Positions 38,701 through 47,755 of a stretch of 64,000 nt of DNA are shown piece by piece (position 1 is the first letter of the stretch; every line of letters begins with the position of its first letter). Source of the stretch: Methanobacteriota archaeon (GTDB lineage: Archaea > Thermoplasmatota > Thermoplasmata > SG8-5 > JAGLSY01); NCBI GenBank assembly GCA_020697715.1, contig JAEHCO010000002.1, positions 224,001 through 288,000 of the forward strand, read 5' to 3'. Made by a program: the position numbers and the translations under genes. Below the pieces are notes generated by a model, which saw only the letters and a program-made list of their open reading frames with translations, was not told the DNA's origin and did not search any database.

Positions 38701-39965
38701 TTAAGAAGATCAATTGTTGTGGAATCGCCTGTTCCCTTATCGATGACCATTTCCGTATCTATTGTTGATATCTCGATATGATCCATCACCTGGAATGGAT
38801 TATCAGCTATCTCGCATAATCTGATGATTGCTGGCAGATTATCCTGGCATACCGGCAAAACCTTATCCTCTCTTGGGTGGAAAAGGTCGTATGGCTCCTG
38901 TATGGCCGCGCTGCTCTCCGGACCGCCACCATCCCAATCATAGTATGGATAGGCCTCGATCGTGTAGGAAAGAATGCCCTGGTTACCGTACATCCAGTCA
39001 TCTGTTCCTCCAGAAGTGGGGTAAAGATCCGCACCCTGCTCTGGAACATAACCATCATGCGCGCTTCCAGCCAGATTGGTTATTCGCCCCTCAAGATCCC
39101 ATGCGACACTGACAAGAAGATCATGATCCTCTGTATCTTCGAATGTCCAGCCCCATGGATAAAGAATGAGCTGGCTGTAAGTGTGATAATTAACTGCAAA
39201 GACAAAATCATGTTCTATGCAAAGGTCGCGTATCGCGATGCTCTCAGGTTCCGAGAACGCTGTGGGCCCACCATATAGATAGTTCGTTGGATCGGATTGT
39301 TGGCCTGAAGATCCCCATAGCCAGTCATAGTTCCTATTGAGGTCCACACCATCGAAAGCCTCATCAAATACCTCATCGCCATTATTGTCCCTGGCATTTT
39401 TTCTCCACCCATATGGCTGGGCTGTGTGGTCTGTTGGGTCATCTCCTGGGCTGTCTATAACACGGCCATCTGGATTGACGACAGGTATTATCCAGATCTG
39501 TCGATTGTCCACGATATCGGTAACCGTGGCATTGGTTCCGTAATTATCTGTTAGAAAATGAATAGCATAGAGCGCGATCTCGATGGTCATCCACTCTCTG
39601 GCATGATGCAGAGAATTGAAGAATACCTCGGGCTCGTCCGGCTCTTCCACTGTAGGATTGTCGGATATCTTGAATGCCCATACATCTCTTCCCTCCCAGG
39701 TCTTGGTAAGGCTGGTAAGTTGTACGATGTCTGGATGGTCCAGGGCGATCTGCAGCATCTCGGCTTCTGCTTCATCCCATGAATGATAGATGGTCGTTCC
39801 TGTGAAGGTCGGCCATGGATCGAACAGAGCCGGTCCTGTCGGCTCTGGGTCGGTAGCTGGCACAATATTCTCGGCAGGCTGTAACCCACCTACAAAGGTC
39901 AATGATGATGATAATAATACGATTGAAATAACTAGCACGATAAGGTTGTTCAGTATTTTGGCCAT
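35739..39965 (-). CDS. Secreted M14 zinc carboxypeptidase with Ig/NEW3-like, MAM-like and Fn3-like domains and a C-terminal GWNLIGYP domain
   Basis: Signal peptide; HHAREW, WRKN, GVDLNRNY, NYHTYSQ, TIEA motifs; 'GFYFDDISI'; C-terminal AGWNLIGYPS...GNAYWV. Confidence 0.85.
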   Translation of the reverse strand: MAKILNNLIVLVISIVLLSSSLTFVGGLQPAENIVPATDPEPTGPALFDPWPTFTGTTIYHSWDEAEAEMLQIALDHPDIVQLTSLTKTWEGRDVWAFKISDNPTVEEPDEPEVFFNSLHHAREWMTIEIALYAIHFLTDNYGTNATVTDIVDNRQIWIIPVVNPDGRVIDSPGDDPTDHTAQPYGWRKNARDNNGDEVFDEAFDGVDLNRNYDWLWGSSGQQSDPTNYLYGGPTAFSEPESIAIRDLCIEHDFVFAVNYHTYSQLILYPWGWTFEDTEDHDLLVSVAWDLEGRITNLAGSAHDGYVPEQGADLYPTSGGTDDWMYGNQGILSYTIEAYPYYDWDGGGPESSAAIQEPYDLFHPREDKVLPVCQDNLPAIIRLCEIADNPFQVMDHIEISTIDTEMVIDKGTGDSTTIDLLNNGQGDGDYTITTSSIAGWSIIAAPSSLNILKDQTVQSSLDITVPGAAAPGEYTIWVNVSMDTNSTCTDSCQIIVIVPYSDDVGVDSIYPFEEMGTYPRGEYQIDGTVKNYGEFQVPTFDTTCTISRFGGGTNYNLFSDDMESGMTQWVTEDWDGTLTNDYWHTVSSRSNSPSNSMHCGPGTSDYTIYSNQFLTIAEPIDLREAETATLTYWTWHELVNDGYDADFCVVEGSVDGGHIWSFIDRYTGDDMTWRERTNDLTNFTGYSEFLLRYRFTSDNMDYGDAGFYFDDISIDAFIPGETVVFGPTIQTTSAPLDTQLTETLGWQYDFDQSGTYRVSIETQYGADGNTPNDLLDVIFDIGSTHLPDFTGVDDVINIGTGDQLDIYWNAANDPNLPIIYSLYRFDNLPNEAEVNASSPIWTGTALSYSDNSVIVGETYFYIVRASDALGQEDWNMLAIDGTPSIQLLFQVQSPMAGFRDLNNDAFETSIQTITGPDITGAGQYMIGGIDDHWLSEVYTEAQSMDGTWNFNVWGQMNNDKANANLFARVFRYSDDAMLFETGLDNEDVSGFVGAYHEFTWQYLVSGVTLPAGDRFYVELWLDATTGATGQTGETLNPDFDTNANSWTYYDWEDTGGGDSTGAWAGSYVNVRLDDANTGGSSEQTYSGYWEQTFSTGMVPDSAYLELDWSCTEFDGGSANLIAYAFVDTISGAPTVGNQVWSSGQITSVTSWVSTGQIDLTGIVDADTTYYLKVGLRDTNLAKSEGQREVGFDNVKVTYGQSVPVFTFAYDHQTTPTGIEAALTPIGGGMTYDIDLTGVVDGTWVMASFPIFATGNPVTIIDDALHGDGGTTWDSIMWYDTNDVDHWKSYDKAQAAAGIPQDLLSVDNDNGFWIHIASNSGDELLSIGTGSQPATSSIILEAGWNLIGYPSATTRQADLTLPGEVTKIAFYNDAQAYSIQELPLSSVTMSSGNAYWVYSTVMVQWDVDW

Positions 39966-40097
39966 TTAAGTCCATCCCTGGATTAACTATAGTATAGTAA
40001 TCAAGAGAGAATAGATAAGTGTTTTGTTGGTGATCTCATGGATTATCATCTCCAAAGCTTTTATTATGGACATTGTGTTCTCGATAAAATTACCAAA

Positions 40098-40172
40098 GGG
40101 CGCGTAGCCTAGCCAGGATATGGCGCTAGCCTTCTAAGCTAGAAGCCAGGGGTTCGAATCCCCTCGCGTCCG
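40098..40172 (+). tRNA. tRNA-Arg(TCT)
   Basis: Acceptor GGGCGCG/CGCGTCC+G; anticodon arm CTAGC-cttctaa-GCTAG; T arm AGGGG-TTCGAAT-CCCCT; 75 nt; CCA not encoded. Confidence 0.95.
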
Positions 40173-40309
40173 TTTTTTATTTTTATATAATTAGAGGGCG
40201 CTAGGTGGATTCGAACAGGGTTCGATGAGATTTTTCTGAATGAAATGGAGAAAAAGCGAGCAAGACCGGGATGCTGGAGGCGGACAGGTCGTTGATCCCC
40301 TCGCGTCCG
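40173..40309 (+). mobile_element. 137-bp structured miniature element ending in a duplicate of the tRNA-Arg 3' end
   Basis: ATCCCCTCGCGTCCG at 40158-40172 is repeated at 40295-40309. GGATTCGAAC-agg-GTTCGA-t-GAGA at 40207-40230 matches the start of unit 1 at tRNA-Leu. Confidence 0.65.
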
Positions 40310-40326
40310 CTCTTTTTTTAAAATGC

Positions 40327-41115
40327 TCATATCATTAGTAGGCTCAATGCCATGATGAACATTCCCACCATCACACCACCCAGCACGACATGGCTCTTGC
40401 CATAGCTATGGGCTGTGGGTAATATCTCATCAAGGGATATGTAGACCATTATCCCAGCCACAAAGGCCAATAAACCTGCCAGAAGGGCATCGGACATGAA
40501 ATTATAGAGCACGATAAAGCTGAATATACCGCCAATTGGCTCGGCGATACCGGAAAGGAAGGCGTATTTGAAGGCCTTGATCTTATCGCCTGTGGCTGCA
40601 TATATGGGTGCGGCCACAGATATTCCTTCAGGTATATTGTGCAGGGCTATTGCGATGGCAATGACCATACCGAGTCTGATATCTGTCAGGCTCGCACTAA
40701 AAGTTGCGATCCCCTCTGGAAAGTTATGGATCGTGATGGCAATTGCTGTGAAGGTGCCCACTCTCATCAGGCGGCATTCGGCCTCACTTCTCTTTTTCTT
40801 TTCACATTTTTTGCCGCCAGTAACTCTACTAAAATGATGTGGATTGAGTTGTTTTGGTAGAAGAAAATCTATCAGGGCGATGAATATTATTCCGGTAAAG
40901 AAGGTTAATATGCCAGCTATTTCTCCTATACCTTCTATCGCATCGGGTAGAAGTTCCATGAAAGAAACATATACCATGACCCCGGCTGAAAGTCCCAGAG
41001 AAAAGGTGAGCAGGGTTTTATTTGGCTTTTTCTGTAGCAGTACGACTGCTCCTCCAACTCCTGTGGAAAGACCCGCTATGGTGGTCAGTAGCAATGCGAA
41101 TGTCACACTTTCCAA
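40327..41115 (-). CDS. zupT: ZIP-family zinc transporter
   Basis: LSAGVMVYVSF, HNFPEG, HNIPEG, SGIAEPIG and AGIMVYISLDEILP motifs. Confidence 0.9.
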   Translation of the reverse strand: MESVTFALLLTTIAGLSTGVGGAVVLLQKKPNKTLLTFSLGLSAGVMVYVSFMELLPDAIEGIGEIAGILTFFTGIIFIALIDFLLPKQLNPHHFSRVTGGKKCEKKKRSEAECRLMRVGTFTAIAITIHNFPEGIATFSASLTDIRLGMVIAIAIALHNIPEGISVAAPIYAATGDKIKAFKYAFLSGIAEPIGGIFSFIVLYNFMSDALLAGLLAFVAGIMVYISLDEILPTAHSYGKSHVVLGGVMVGMFIMALSLLMI

Positions 41116-41214
41116 ATTCTCACCTACAAATGACTTAATGGTGATAGTGTATATAAAAATTTCGGCTTACCGAAAACTATTGCGTTTACCGAAATCGAGT
41201 GCTATTTAGTCTGA

Positions 41215-41787
41215 TCAAACATTCCCAGATCTGATTATCATGCCAAGTGATCCCATGAGCAAAGCCGATAATACAAGCACCGTCCAGTCTCCTGTGAAAC
41301 CTACAATTCCCATGAGAGAGATGAATAGCATGAAGGTGGACATTAGGAAAATGATACCGATGACTATCAGTATCTTACTTCCCGAGTACCTGATGAAGCG
41401 TCGTGTACTGCCATTTACATCATCGAGCCTCACATAAGGTGCGGTACGGATCGCCAGAGAGCTAAGGTCATAATAGGCGATCAATATTACCATGAAACCG
41501 AACATGGAGATTATATCCGTGGCCTTTGCAAAGGTCAAGAAATGGAGACCTCCCACCATGATACAGGAGATACCTATTATCGACTGGCGGTTTCTCTCAA
41601 GTTTATTTGCCAGATAATCTCTTAATTCTCCTTTTCCCGGAACTCTTATGAAAAGACCGGTCACACCAAGGGCAATGCTCAGTGCCAGTATGCTGATATG
41701 ATCCGTCGTATTTGCCCCAGTATCATAAGTTTGCAGAAGATGCCATAATGATAGGCAGATAAGGATGATGAAGGAAATAATGGCCAT
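41215..41787 (-). CDS. Hypothetical multi-pass membrane protein (last gene of the MoxR operon)
   Basis: About 6 hydrophobic segments; co-oriented with the DUF58 and MoxR genes. Confidence 0.65.
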   Translation of the reverse strand: MAIISFIILICLSLWHLLQTYDTGANTTDHISILALSIALGVTGLFIRVPGKGELRDYLANKLERNRQSIIGISCIMVGGLHFLTFAKATDIISMFGFMVILIAYYDLSSLAIRTAPYVRLDDVNGSTRRFIRYSGSKILIVIGIIFLMSTFMLFISLMGIVGFTGDWTVLVLSALLMGSLGMIIRSGNV

Positions 41788-41882
41788 CAGATTGACACCT
41801 GGCTTGTCATGTTCATTTTCACTTATTCCCAGAGTGGAGTATCCATTTACAGAGATCTCATTTCCGTCGTTTGCCTGCTCCT

Positions 41883-43154
41883 CTAAAATCTGGCTCTTAA
41901 CCTTTCCACCCCCTTCAATGCTTTTGCCAGTGGCTCAGATGGATCCCAATCCACAACCCTGGCATAACGATATAATTCTGATATTAGATTATCTCTTTCC
42001 AATCTCTTCAGGTTCTTGGCCATCTCCAGCTCATCGGAATCTTCAATTATATGCCCTTCCACTCTGATAGGGGATGGAGAAATAACAACAACATCAAAAC
42101 CTCTGGCACAGAGGTCTGCAATGCTCTGCACGATCTTGTAGTCCACAAGTGGGGTTATGACGATGATCTGAGATTCAAGTGGAAAATGCCTGGTCACCAT
42201 CCAGCGTGCGTCATCGAAGGGCATGCTCCCTCCTGGCTGGACATCCATTAATTTTTCAGATATGCGATAATACTGCCTCTTTCCAAAGGCAGGATAGACC
42301 TCATCGATTATGTCCCTGAGCACAATTAGACCAACACGATTTTTGTCCATGAGTATGTGGGAGGCTATCGTGGAGGCCGCTCTCACCCCATGCTCTACCG
42401 TGTTCTCATCTGTGTTCCCTACATTCGTCTCGGTCCTGGCATCCAGCATGATGGTCACATCACCACTGCATTCACTCTCAAATTCATTTGTCATAAGCTG
42501 ATCACGTCTGGCCGATGCCTTCCAATTGATCTTTCTGAGCTCATCACCTGCTACATATTCTCGAATTCCAAAGAATTCCGTGCCCACGCCCACCCGGCGC
42601 GCCTTGATCATGCCTATCCAGTTCCTCGTCTTTCTTGGAGCGATCTTGAGTCCCTTGGAGGACTCTATCTCGGATGTGACAGATATTGGTGTTATCAGTT
42701 TGATCTCTGTTTGCTGTGTGTAGAAATCCATAAAATCCTTTGCTCTTATCCACACACCTTTGAATTCGAATCTGCCTCTATATGGGCAGATTATCTGGTA
42801 TTCAAGGTCGTATTCCTCGGCTTCCTTCAATGTGAGGATGGCTTTATTGCTACCCTCAGATACATTTACATAAGGTGGTATCAGATCTTCAATTTCAAGA
42901 CACTGGATAGCCGGCCCTGTATTCTTTATGCGAAGCTTAACATGGATATTATCTCCTGTTGTCACTCTGTTCTCATCTATCGAACGGCTGATGTCAAGAG
43001 AATAGCTGGGATCCTTGAACATGGTGATGGATACCACCAGGTATATTATCAGAGGTAGGGATATTGCGATAAGGCTACCACTACGAAGCCATACACCCAT
43101 GACGATGCAGGCTATGGCGGAAGCCACTATCCAGAATCCTTTTCTCGATCTCAT
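41883..43154 (-). CDS. DUF58 family protein (MoxR-associated)
   Basis: EFFGIREYVAGDELRKINWKASAR motif, N-terminal TM segments, located downstream of moxR. Confidence 0.88.
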   Translation of the reverse strand: MRSRKGFWIVASAIACIVMGVWLRSGSLIAISLPLIIYLVVSITMFKDPSYSLDISRSIDENRVTTGDNIHVKLRIKNTGPAIQCLEIEDLIPPYVNVSEGSNKAILTLKEAEEYDLEYQIICPYRGRFEFKGVWIRAKDFMDFYTQQTEIKLITPISVTSEIESSKGLKIAPRKTRNWIGMIKARRVGVGTEFFGIREYVAGDELRKINWKASARRDQLMTNEFESECSGDVTIMLDARTETNVGNTDENTVEHGVRAASTIASHILMDKNRVGLIVLRDIIDEVYPAFGKRQYYRISEKLMDVQPGGSMPFDDARWMVTRHFPLESQIIVITPLVDYKIVQSIADLCARGFDVVVISPSPIRVEGHIIEDSDELEMAKNLKRLERDNLISELYRYARVVDWDPSEPLAKALKGVERLRARF

Positions 43155-43182
43155 TTGCTCTCACTCATTTTTTTAATTAGCC

Positions 43183-44133
43183 TTATTTCACCTTTGGAAC
43201 CGGAATATCCAATACGACCTTGTCGACGATAACTTCTGTCTTGATGCCCTTGATCCATGGATCTGGTTTGAGTATTATCCTGTGTGCCAAAGCAGGCACG
43301 CACATCTCTTTTATGTCATCTGGAAGAACATAGTCCCTCGCTTGCATGGCCGCACGTGCCATCGATAAACGCATGAGAGCCAGTGATCCTCTTGGACTGG
43401 CACCGACCTCGACATGACCATGCTTTCTTGTATTCTGCACTATCTGCGCGATATATTCTTCAATATCAGATTCCACATGCACTTCCTCAATAGCTGCCTG
43501 CATTGCGATGATCTCTGCTGGAGAACTGACCACCGATATGTCAACATCCTCTTTCTTCCTGGTTCGTCTTCTTCGAAGGATCTCTGCCTCTCCTTTGAGG
43601 GTTGGATAGCCTATGTCCAATCGCATTATGAACCGATCGATCTGCGCCTCTGGGAGTGGATAAGTCCCTTCATACTCGATGGGATTTTGTGTAGCGATGA
43701 CTATGAAAGGAGCTGGAAGTTTGTGCGTATCACCTTCCAATGTTGTCTGGCGTTCCTGCATTGCTTCAAGCAATGCAGATTGTGTTTTTGGCGGAGCCCT
43801 GTTTATCTCGTCTGCCAGTAGTATATTCGTGAACACAGGTCCTTTCCTCAGTTCGAACTCATTGGTCTGCCTGTTCAGGATATATGATCCCGTAATATCT
43901 GCTGGAAGTAGATCGGGTGTGAATTGAACCCTTCTGAAATCGCACCCGAGAGCTCGGGCGAATGTATTCGCCATCAGGGTCTTTGCCAATCCAGGAAAAT
44001 CCTCGAATAGGACATGTCCATTTGCCAGAGTGGCCAGCATCATATTATCTATGACATCGTCCTTCTCAACGATGGCCTTGGCCACCTCATTCTTAATTAC
44101 ATTACATTTTTCAGACAATTCCTTTATGTTCAT
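43183..44133 (-). CDS. moxR: MoxR family AAA+ ATPase
   Basis: GHVLFEDFPGLAKT, RVQFTPDLLPADITG, LLADEINRAPPKTQSALLEAM, ATQNPIEYEGTYPLPEAQIDRF. Confidence 0.95.
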   Translation of the reverse strand: MNIKELSEKCNVIKNEVAKAIVEKDDVIDNMMLATLANGHVLFEDFPGLAKTLMANTFARALGCDFRRVQFTPDLLPADITGSYILNRQTNEFELRKGPVFTNILLADEINRAPPKTQSALLEAMQERQTTLEGDTHKLPAPFIVIATQNPIEYEGTYPLPEAQIDRFIMRLDIGYPTLKGEAEILRRRRTRKKEDVDISVVSSPAEIIAMQAAIEEVHVESDIEEYIAQIVQNTRKHGHVEVGASPRGSLALMRLSMARAAMQARDYVLPDDIKEMCVPALAHRIILKPDPWIKGIKTEVIVDKVVLDIPVPKVK

Positions 44134-44236
44134 TCCGAACCCCTCATTTTATTCGGGCTTTTGAATGTTCGAATAATGTTCAAACATTCAACACCTCTCA
44201 CATGCTCATTCTCACTTTCAGTATGTTCATTAATTC

Positions 44237-44932
44237 TCATTCCCACACCTCTACTTTATCCAATATCTCTTTGATCTCTAACATGAACTTACGACCACTT
44301 TCCTTCTTTTCCCTGTCGTTCTTCTTTCTCGCTATCCTGTCACTCCACCCCTCTGCCTTCTTCTGATTGGCCAGTATGAATGTTGCTAGATCATCATTAT
44401 CTACTATCTCTCTGAACCTATCTGGATCTTCAAGGGCCTTTTCTATCTCCCTTGTGGTCATACCTCTTCCCAGCCTGATCTTGTCGATGATGGCTTCTGT
44501 CATCATCTCTTTCATAAGTTGCTGGCTGTAACTGTATCCGCCAGCTCCCCTTGTGATTATATCATTCACACGCGAAAGCTCACCTGAGAAGTATTTCTTT
44601 TCCAATATCGTTCTTTTCCAGATCTTTTTCTGGATACCTATGTTCATAATGTAGATAGTGTACAGGCCAATGGCCGCGGTGGTCAGCACGACCATTATCC
44701 ACCGCATCCCTCCGCTTACAAAGGAAATTGAGATAAATGGGATTGAAAGTAGAATAAGATAGAACACAAGTACCAGTGTATTTATGAGCATTTCCCTCAT
44801 GCCAGATGGGCCAAGCAATCTCTCTGCTGCCAGCACTTCTTCCACATGTTCAGGCGTATCGGATGGTGTGATCTCTACATGAGTTATAACATATGAAGAT
44901 CTATCAAGTGTGTCTTTGATATTATTTGCCAT
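44237..44932 (-). CDS. Hypothetical membrane protein (MoxR operon)
   Basis: Two TM helices; start at MANNIK preceded by GGGGGTG; overlaps the stop of the upstream gene. Confidence 0.65.
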   Translation of the reverse strand: MANNIKDTLDRSSYVITHVEITPSDTPEHVEEVLAAERLLGPSGMREMLINTLVLVFYLILLSIPFISISFVSGGMRWIMVVLTTAAIGLYTIYIMNIGIQKKIWKRTILEKKYFSGELSRVNDIITRGAGGYSYSQQLMKEMMTEAIIDKIRLGRGMTTREIEKALEDPDRFREIVDNDDLATFILANQKKAEGWSDRIARKKNDREKKESGRKFMLEIKEILDKVEVWE

Positions 44933-45899
44933 CCTTGGCACCCCCTTCATCAATATCGCCATCTTCTGCTATGTTCTCATCCACTTCCTCGATAATGAGA
45001 TCATCTTTTATGCTACCGAGAGCAAGCATGGCCTTATTGCGCATTTCTTCTGATAGGTCGTGGTCACTGTATCTGGCTTCCTCGAATATCATTATAAGAT
45101 CATGTAATTTATCATCTGCAACTGGTAGTTTGGAGCCGATCATTGATTCAAATTCACGGGGAGTCATATGCTCCTCATCTGATATTCCATGCTTGGATGC
45201 CAGCTTGCACATATCAATGTAACATCTCATGATGGACGATCTTACATCTGTTCCACTTGTCATGTCGTCCATCGCTTTCTGGATGGTCTGGCCTACTTCT
45301 TCGGTCATTGCCTCGATATCTATGTCTGATAGGGATTCACTTCTTAGATTAGTTATCTGGCTAATGGCAAATATGCCCAGGGCTATAATCGCAACAGCTC
45401 CTACCACGAACATGATCGATATGGCCATATCCATGCCTTCTGGCTTCACATTCGATGGCTCTGTGTAATCCGCTGAACCCGTTCCATCTGATACTGTATA
45501 ACCGCTCTCCAGGAGCTCATTATGTGTATATTCACTTTTCTCGGCATCTGTATAAGCGAATACTCCAACGAAAAAGAGGATGGCCAGTCCGCCACCGATC
45601 ATAGGATATATTAATGATTTCAAAAAGGCCTTGTCCTTACTAAGCGCTCCCCAGATGATCCCTCCTATGGTGATGATCAGACCTATGGCCGTGAGTCCTA
45701 TCATCATATATCTGACTGTCTCAGCCACTGTACTACTGGAGGCCAGATATGATCCTCCTTCTTCTTGCTCGGGGGTATCCAGTGTGATCTCTTCACCAAT
45801 GTTCAGCCTCTCGACATTGAAGATAAGATTACCTATGCTGAAAACGATCACCATCAACATTAATATGGTGAATAATTTTTTTTTGGAGCCTGAAACCAA
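44922..45899 (-). CDS. DUF4129-domain membrane protein
   Basis: C-terminal 'IMRCY..M......G......MTPREF...L..IFEEARYSDH' motif; 4 TM helices; MoxR operon context. Confidence 0.8.
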   Translation of the reverse strand: MVSGSKKKLFTILMLMVIVFSIGNLIFNVERLNIGEEITLDTPEQEEGGSYLASSSTVAETVRYMMIGLTAIGLIITIGGIIWGALSKDKAFLKSLIYPMIGGGLAILFFVGVFAYTDAEKSEYTHNELLESGYTVSDGTGSADYTEPSNVKPEGMDMAISIMFVVGAVAIIALGIFAISQITNLRSESLSDIDIEAMTEEVGQTIQKAMDDMTSGTDVRSSIMRCYIDMCKLASKHGISDEEHMTPREFESMIGSKLPVADDKLHDLIMIFEEARYSDHDLSEEMRNKAMLALGSIKDDLIIEEVDENIAEDGDIDEGGAKDGK

Positions 45900-46071
45900 T
45901 ACGCGACCTCATAATGGGAATATAAAAGGAGTATTTATGCAATCGGTAGATTGCAATATAGATCGAAAATTTATCCAATCTCTATTATCGTGGACCATGG
46001 ACGAAAACTTTAAATAGGGTAATGTCAATAGTTGTCTGACAAACGTCAGACGGCGTTAGGATGGGATAAAC

Positions 46072-46404
46072 ATGGATGCAAAATCATTAATGAATGGTAT
46101 AACAGAGAAAGCCAGTGCGGTAGGAATGACCTTTTCAGATTACATAAAAACAAATTATGATCCACAAGACTTGGACAATACCCAGGCAGTTGTGGATATT
46201 GATCTGTCTGACAACAAAGGTAAAAATGATAAGCTCAGGCAGAACAATAACATAAAAAGGAGCAATATGGGCTTTTCAGGGATGGATACTCATTTCCAGG
46301 ACCCTATGCATACGAATGCCAATGCAAAGTTGGAACATATCAAAGCAGATTATACAGCTATGCATGTTGGCCAGCCAATGAGCAGAGAAGCTGTTCTGGT
46401 TTGA
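46072..46404 (+). CDS. Hypothetical protein
   Basis: 110-aa ORF with ATG start, upstream TTTAAATA (46009-46016 region) and a downstream hairpin; no recognisable motif. Confidence 0.5.
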   Translation: MDAKSLMNGITEKASAVGMTFSDYIKTNYDPQDLDNTQAVVDIDLSDNKGKNDKLRQNNNIKRSNMGFSGMDTHFQDPMHTNANAKLEHIKADYTAMHVGQPMSREAVLV

Positions 46405-46438
46405 GCCAATTGAATAAGCCCCCCTCTAAAATTAGAAG

Positions 46439-46468
46439 CAGCAAATGCGTGATCATCCGCATTTGCTG
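46439..46468 (+). terminator. 11-bp stem-loop after the 46072-46404 ORF
   Basis: CAGCAAATGCG-tgatcatc-CGCATTTGCTG. Confidence 0.5.
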
Positions 46469-46593
46469 AGCTCTATAATTTATTTAATTCATCATTCAAT
46501 TTTAGTTAATTTTTAGTTAATTATAGATAAATGTAATTGATGATAATATTTATACATAAACAGATATTTACCACGTCAGTAGGGGACAATACC

Positions 46594-47280
46594 ATGGAAC
46601 GTTTGAAAACTTATATAAAGGGACTTGACGAGCAATTGAATGGTGGAATACCAAAGGGTCATGTGGTCTTACTGGCAGGTAAGCCAGGAACAATGAAATC
46701 ATCCATTGGCTACAATATACTTTATCAAAATGCCTTGAAGGAAGGCAAGAAAGGGATATACATGTCCCTGGAGCAAGGTAGGGACAGTCTACTCGAGCAC
46801 ATGGGCGAACTTGGAATGGATCATGCAGCAGTTGATAGTATGGTCAATATAGTGGATATGGGATATTTGAAATCAAATGTCGATACTTCCGAGGAAGGAC
46901 AGAGCTGGATGAGGATATTCAAGATGTATGCGGAGAATATTCAGGCCAGCATGGATTATGAGATATTGGTTGCAGATTCATTGCCTGCCATTGAAGTAAT
47001 GGCAGACGTCAAGAACAAGCGTGCGGAATTATTCAGATTCTTTGGCTGGCTCAGAGAACTTGGAGTCACTGTTTTTGTGATATCCGAGGATGCCAGGGAG
47101 GGAACTCTCAACAGGGACGAGGACTTCCTTAGTGATGGAATAATTCATCTGGATCTCAAGAGGGATGACAATAATGTCAATCTATTCCTCGGTGTTGCGA
47201 AGATGAGAAAATCCAACCATGCCAGGGGATACTTCCCACTGATATTCGATCAGGATGGATTTGAGGTCATTCAGGAATAG
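46594..47280 (+). CDS. KaiC/RAD55-family RecA-superfamily ATPase (single domain)
   Basis: MERLKTYIKGLDEQLNGGIPKG, Walker A GKPGTMKS, SLEQ, LVADS, DGIIHL, KMR. Start moved to the ATG at 46594. Confidence 0.85.
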   Translation: MERLKTYIKGLDEQLNGGIPKGHVVLLAGKPGTMKSSIGYNILYQNALKEGKKGIYMSLEQGRDSLLEHMGELGMDHAAVDSMVNIVDMGYLKSNVDTSEEGQSWMRIFKMYAENIQASMDYEILVADSLPAIEVMADVKNKRAELFRFFGWLRELGVTVFVISEDAREGTLNRDEDFLSDGIIHLDLKRDDNNVNLFLGVAKMRKSNHARGYFPLIFDQDGFEVIQE

Positions 47281-47291
47281 TGGCGTTCCTG

Positions 47292-47570
47292 CTAAAAAGA
47301 TACTTTCATGTCACCAGTGAAAGTTATGGCATCGTAAGGGCATGCCTCAATGCACTGGCCGCATAATGTGCACATGTCATGGTCCACGATGACAGTTACA
47401 TTTCGAATTATTGCTTCAACTGGACATACTTCGGCGCACCCCATGCATTTGCCATCCCCTCCTTCGGTATCGCAGTCACAATGACATACTCCATCGTTTA
47501 TATCGCCACAGCTCCCATTCATCCATCCGCATATATCTGGATTGATGAAAACCTTATTATCTCCTTTCAT
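47292..47570 (-). CDS. 4Fe-4S ferredoxin with a Cys-rich insertion
   Basis: CMGCAEVCP and CTLCGQCIEACP motifs; 12 Cys in total. Confidence 0.82.
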   Translation of the reverse strand: MKGDNKVFINPDICGWMNGSCGDINDGVCHCDCDTEGGDGKCMGCAEVCPVEAIIRNVTVIVDHDMCTLCGQCIEACPYDAITFTGDMKVSF

Positions 47571-47721
47571 AACAGGAGCATTGCTTTTTCTCTATTTAAA
47601 CAATTGTAAATATCGACCTAGCTGATACTATTTAGTGGAAGGATGCATAATTTTAATAATGCAATATCTATTTAATTAAAAATATATTTATATAATTATA
47701 AAATATTGGAATAATAAATTG

Positions 47722-47746
47722 AGCCAGCCGCTTACAACGGCTGGCT
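47722..47746. terminator. Stem-loop at the end of the riboflavin operon
   Basis: AGCCAGCCG-cttacaa-CGGCTGGCT, 9 bp from the ribH stop, flanked by A/T tracts. Confidence 0.55.
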
Positions 47747-47755
47747 TTTTCAACC

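Noticed and set aside
40139-40330. 63-aa ORF on the minus strand
   Set aside because: Antisense to tRNA-Arg and its downstream element; the 'GREGIRTP' translation is a typical tRNA shadow.
46594-47280. Circadian clock KaiC
   Set aside because: A single-domain RAD55/KaiC-like ATPase of a type common in archaea; no kaiA/kaiB nearby.
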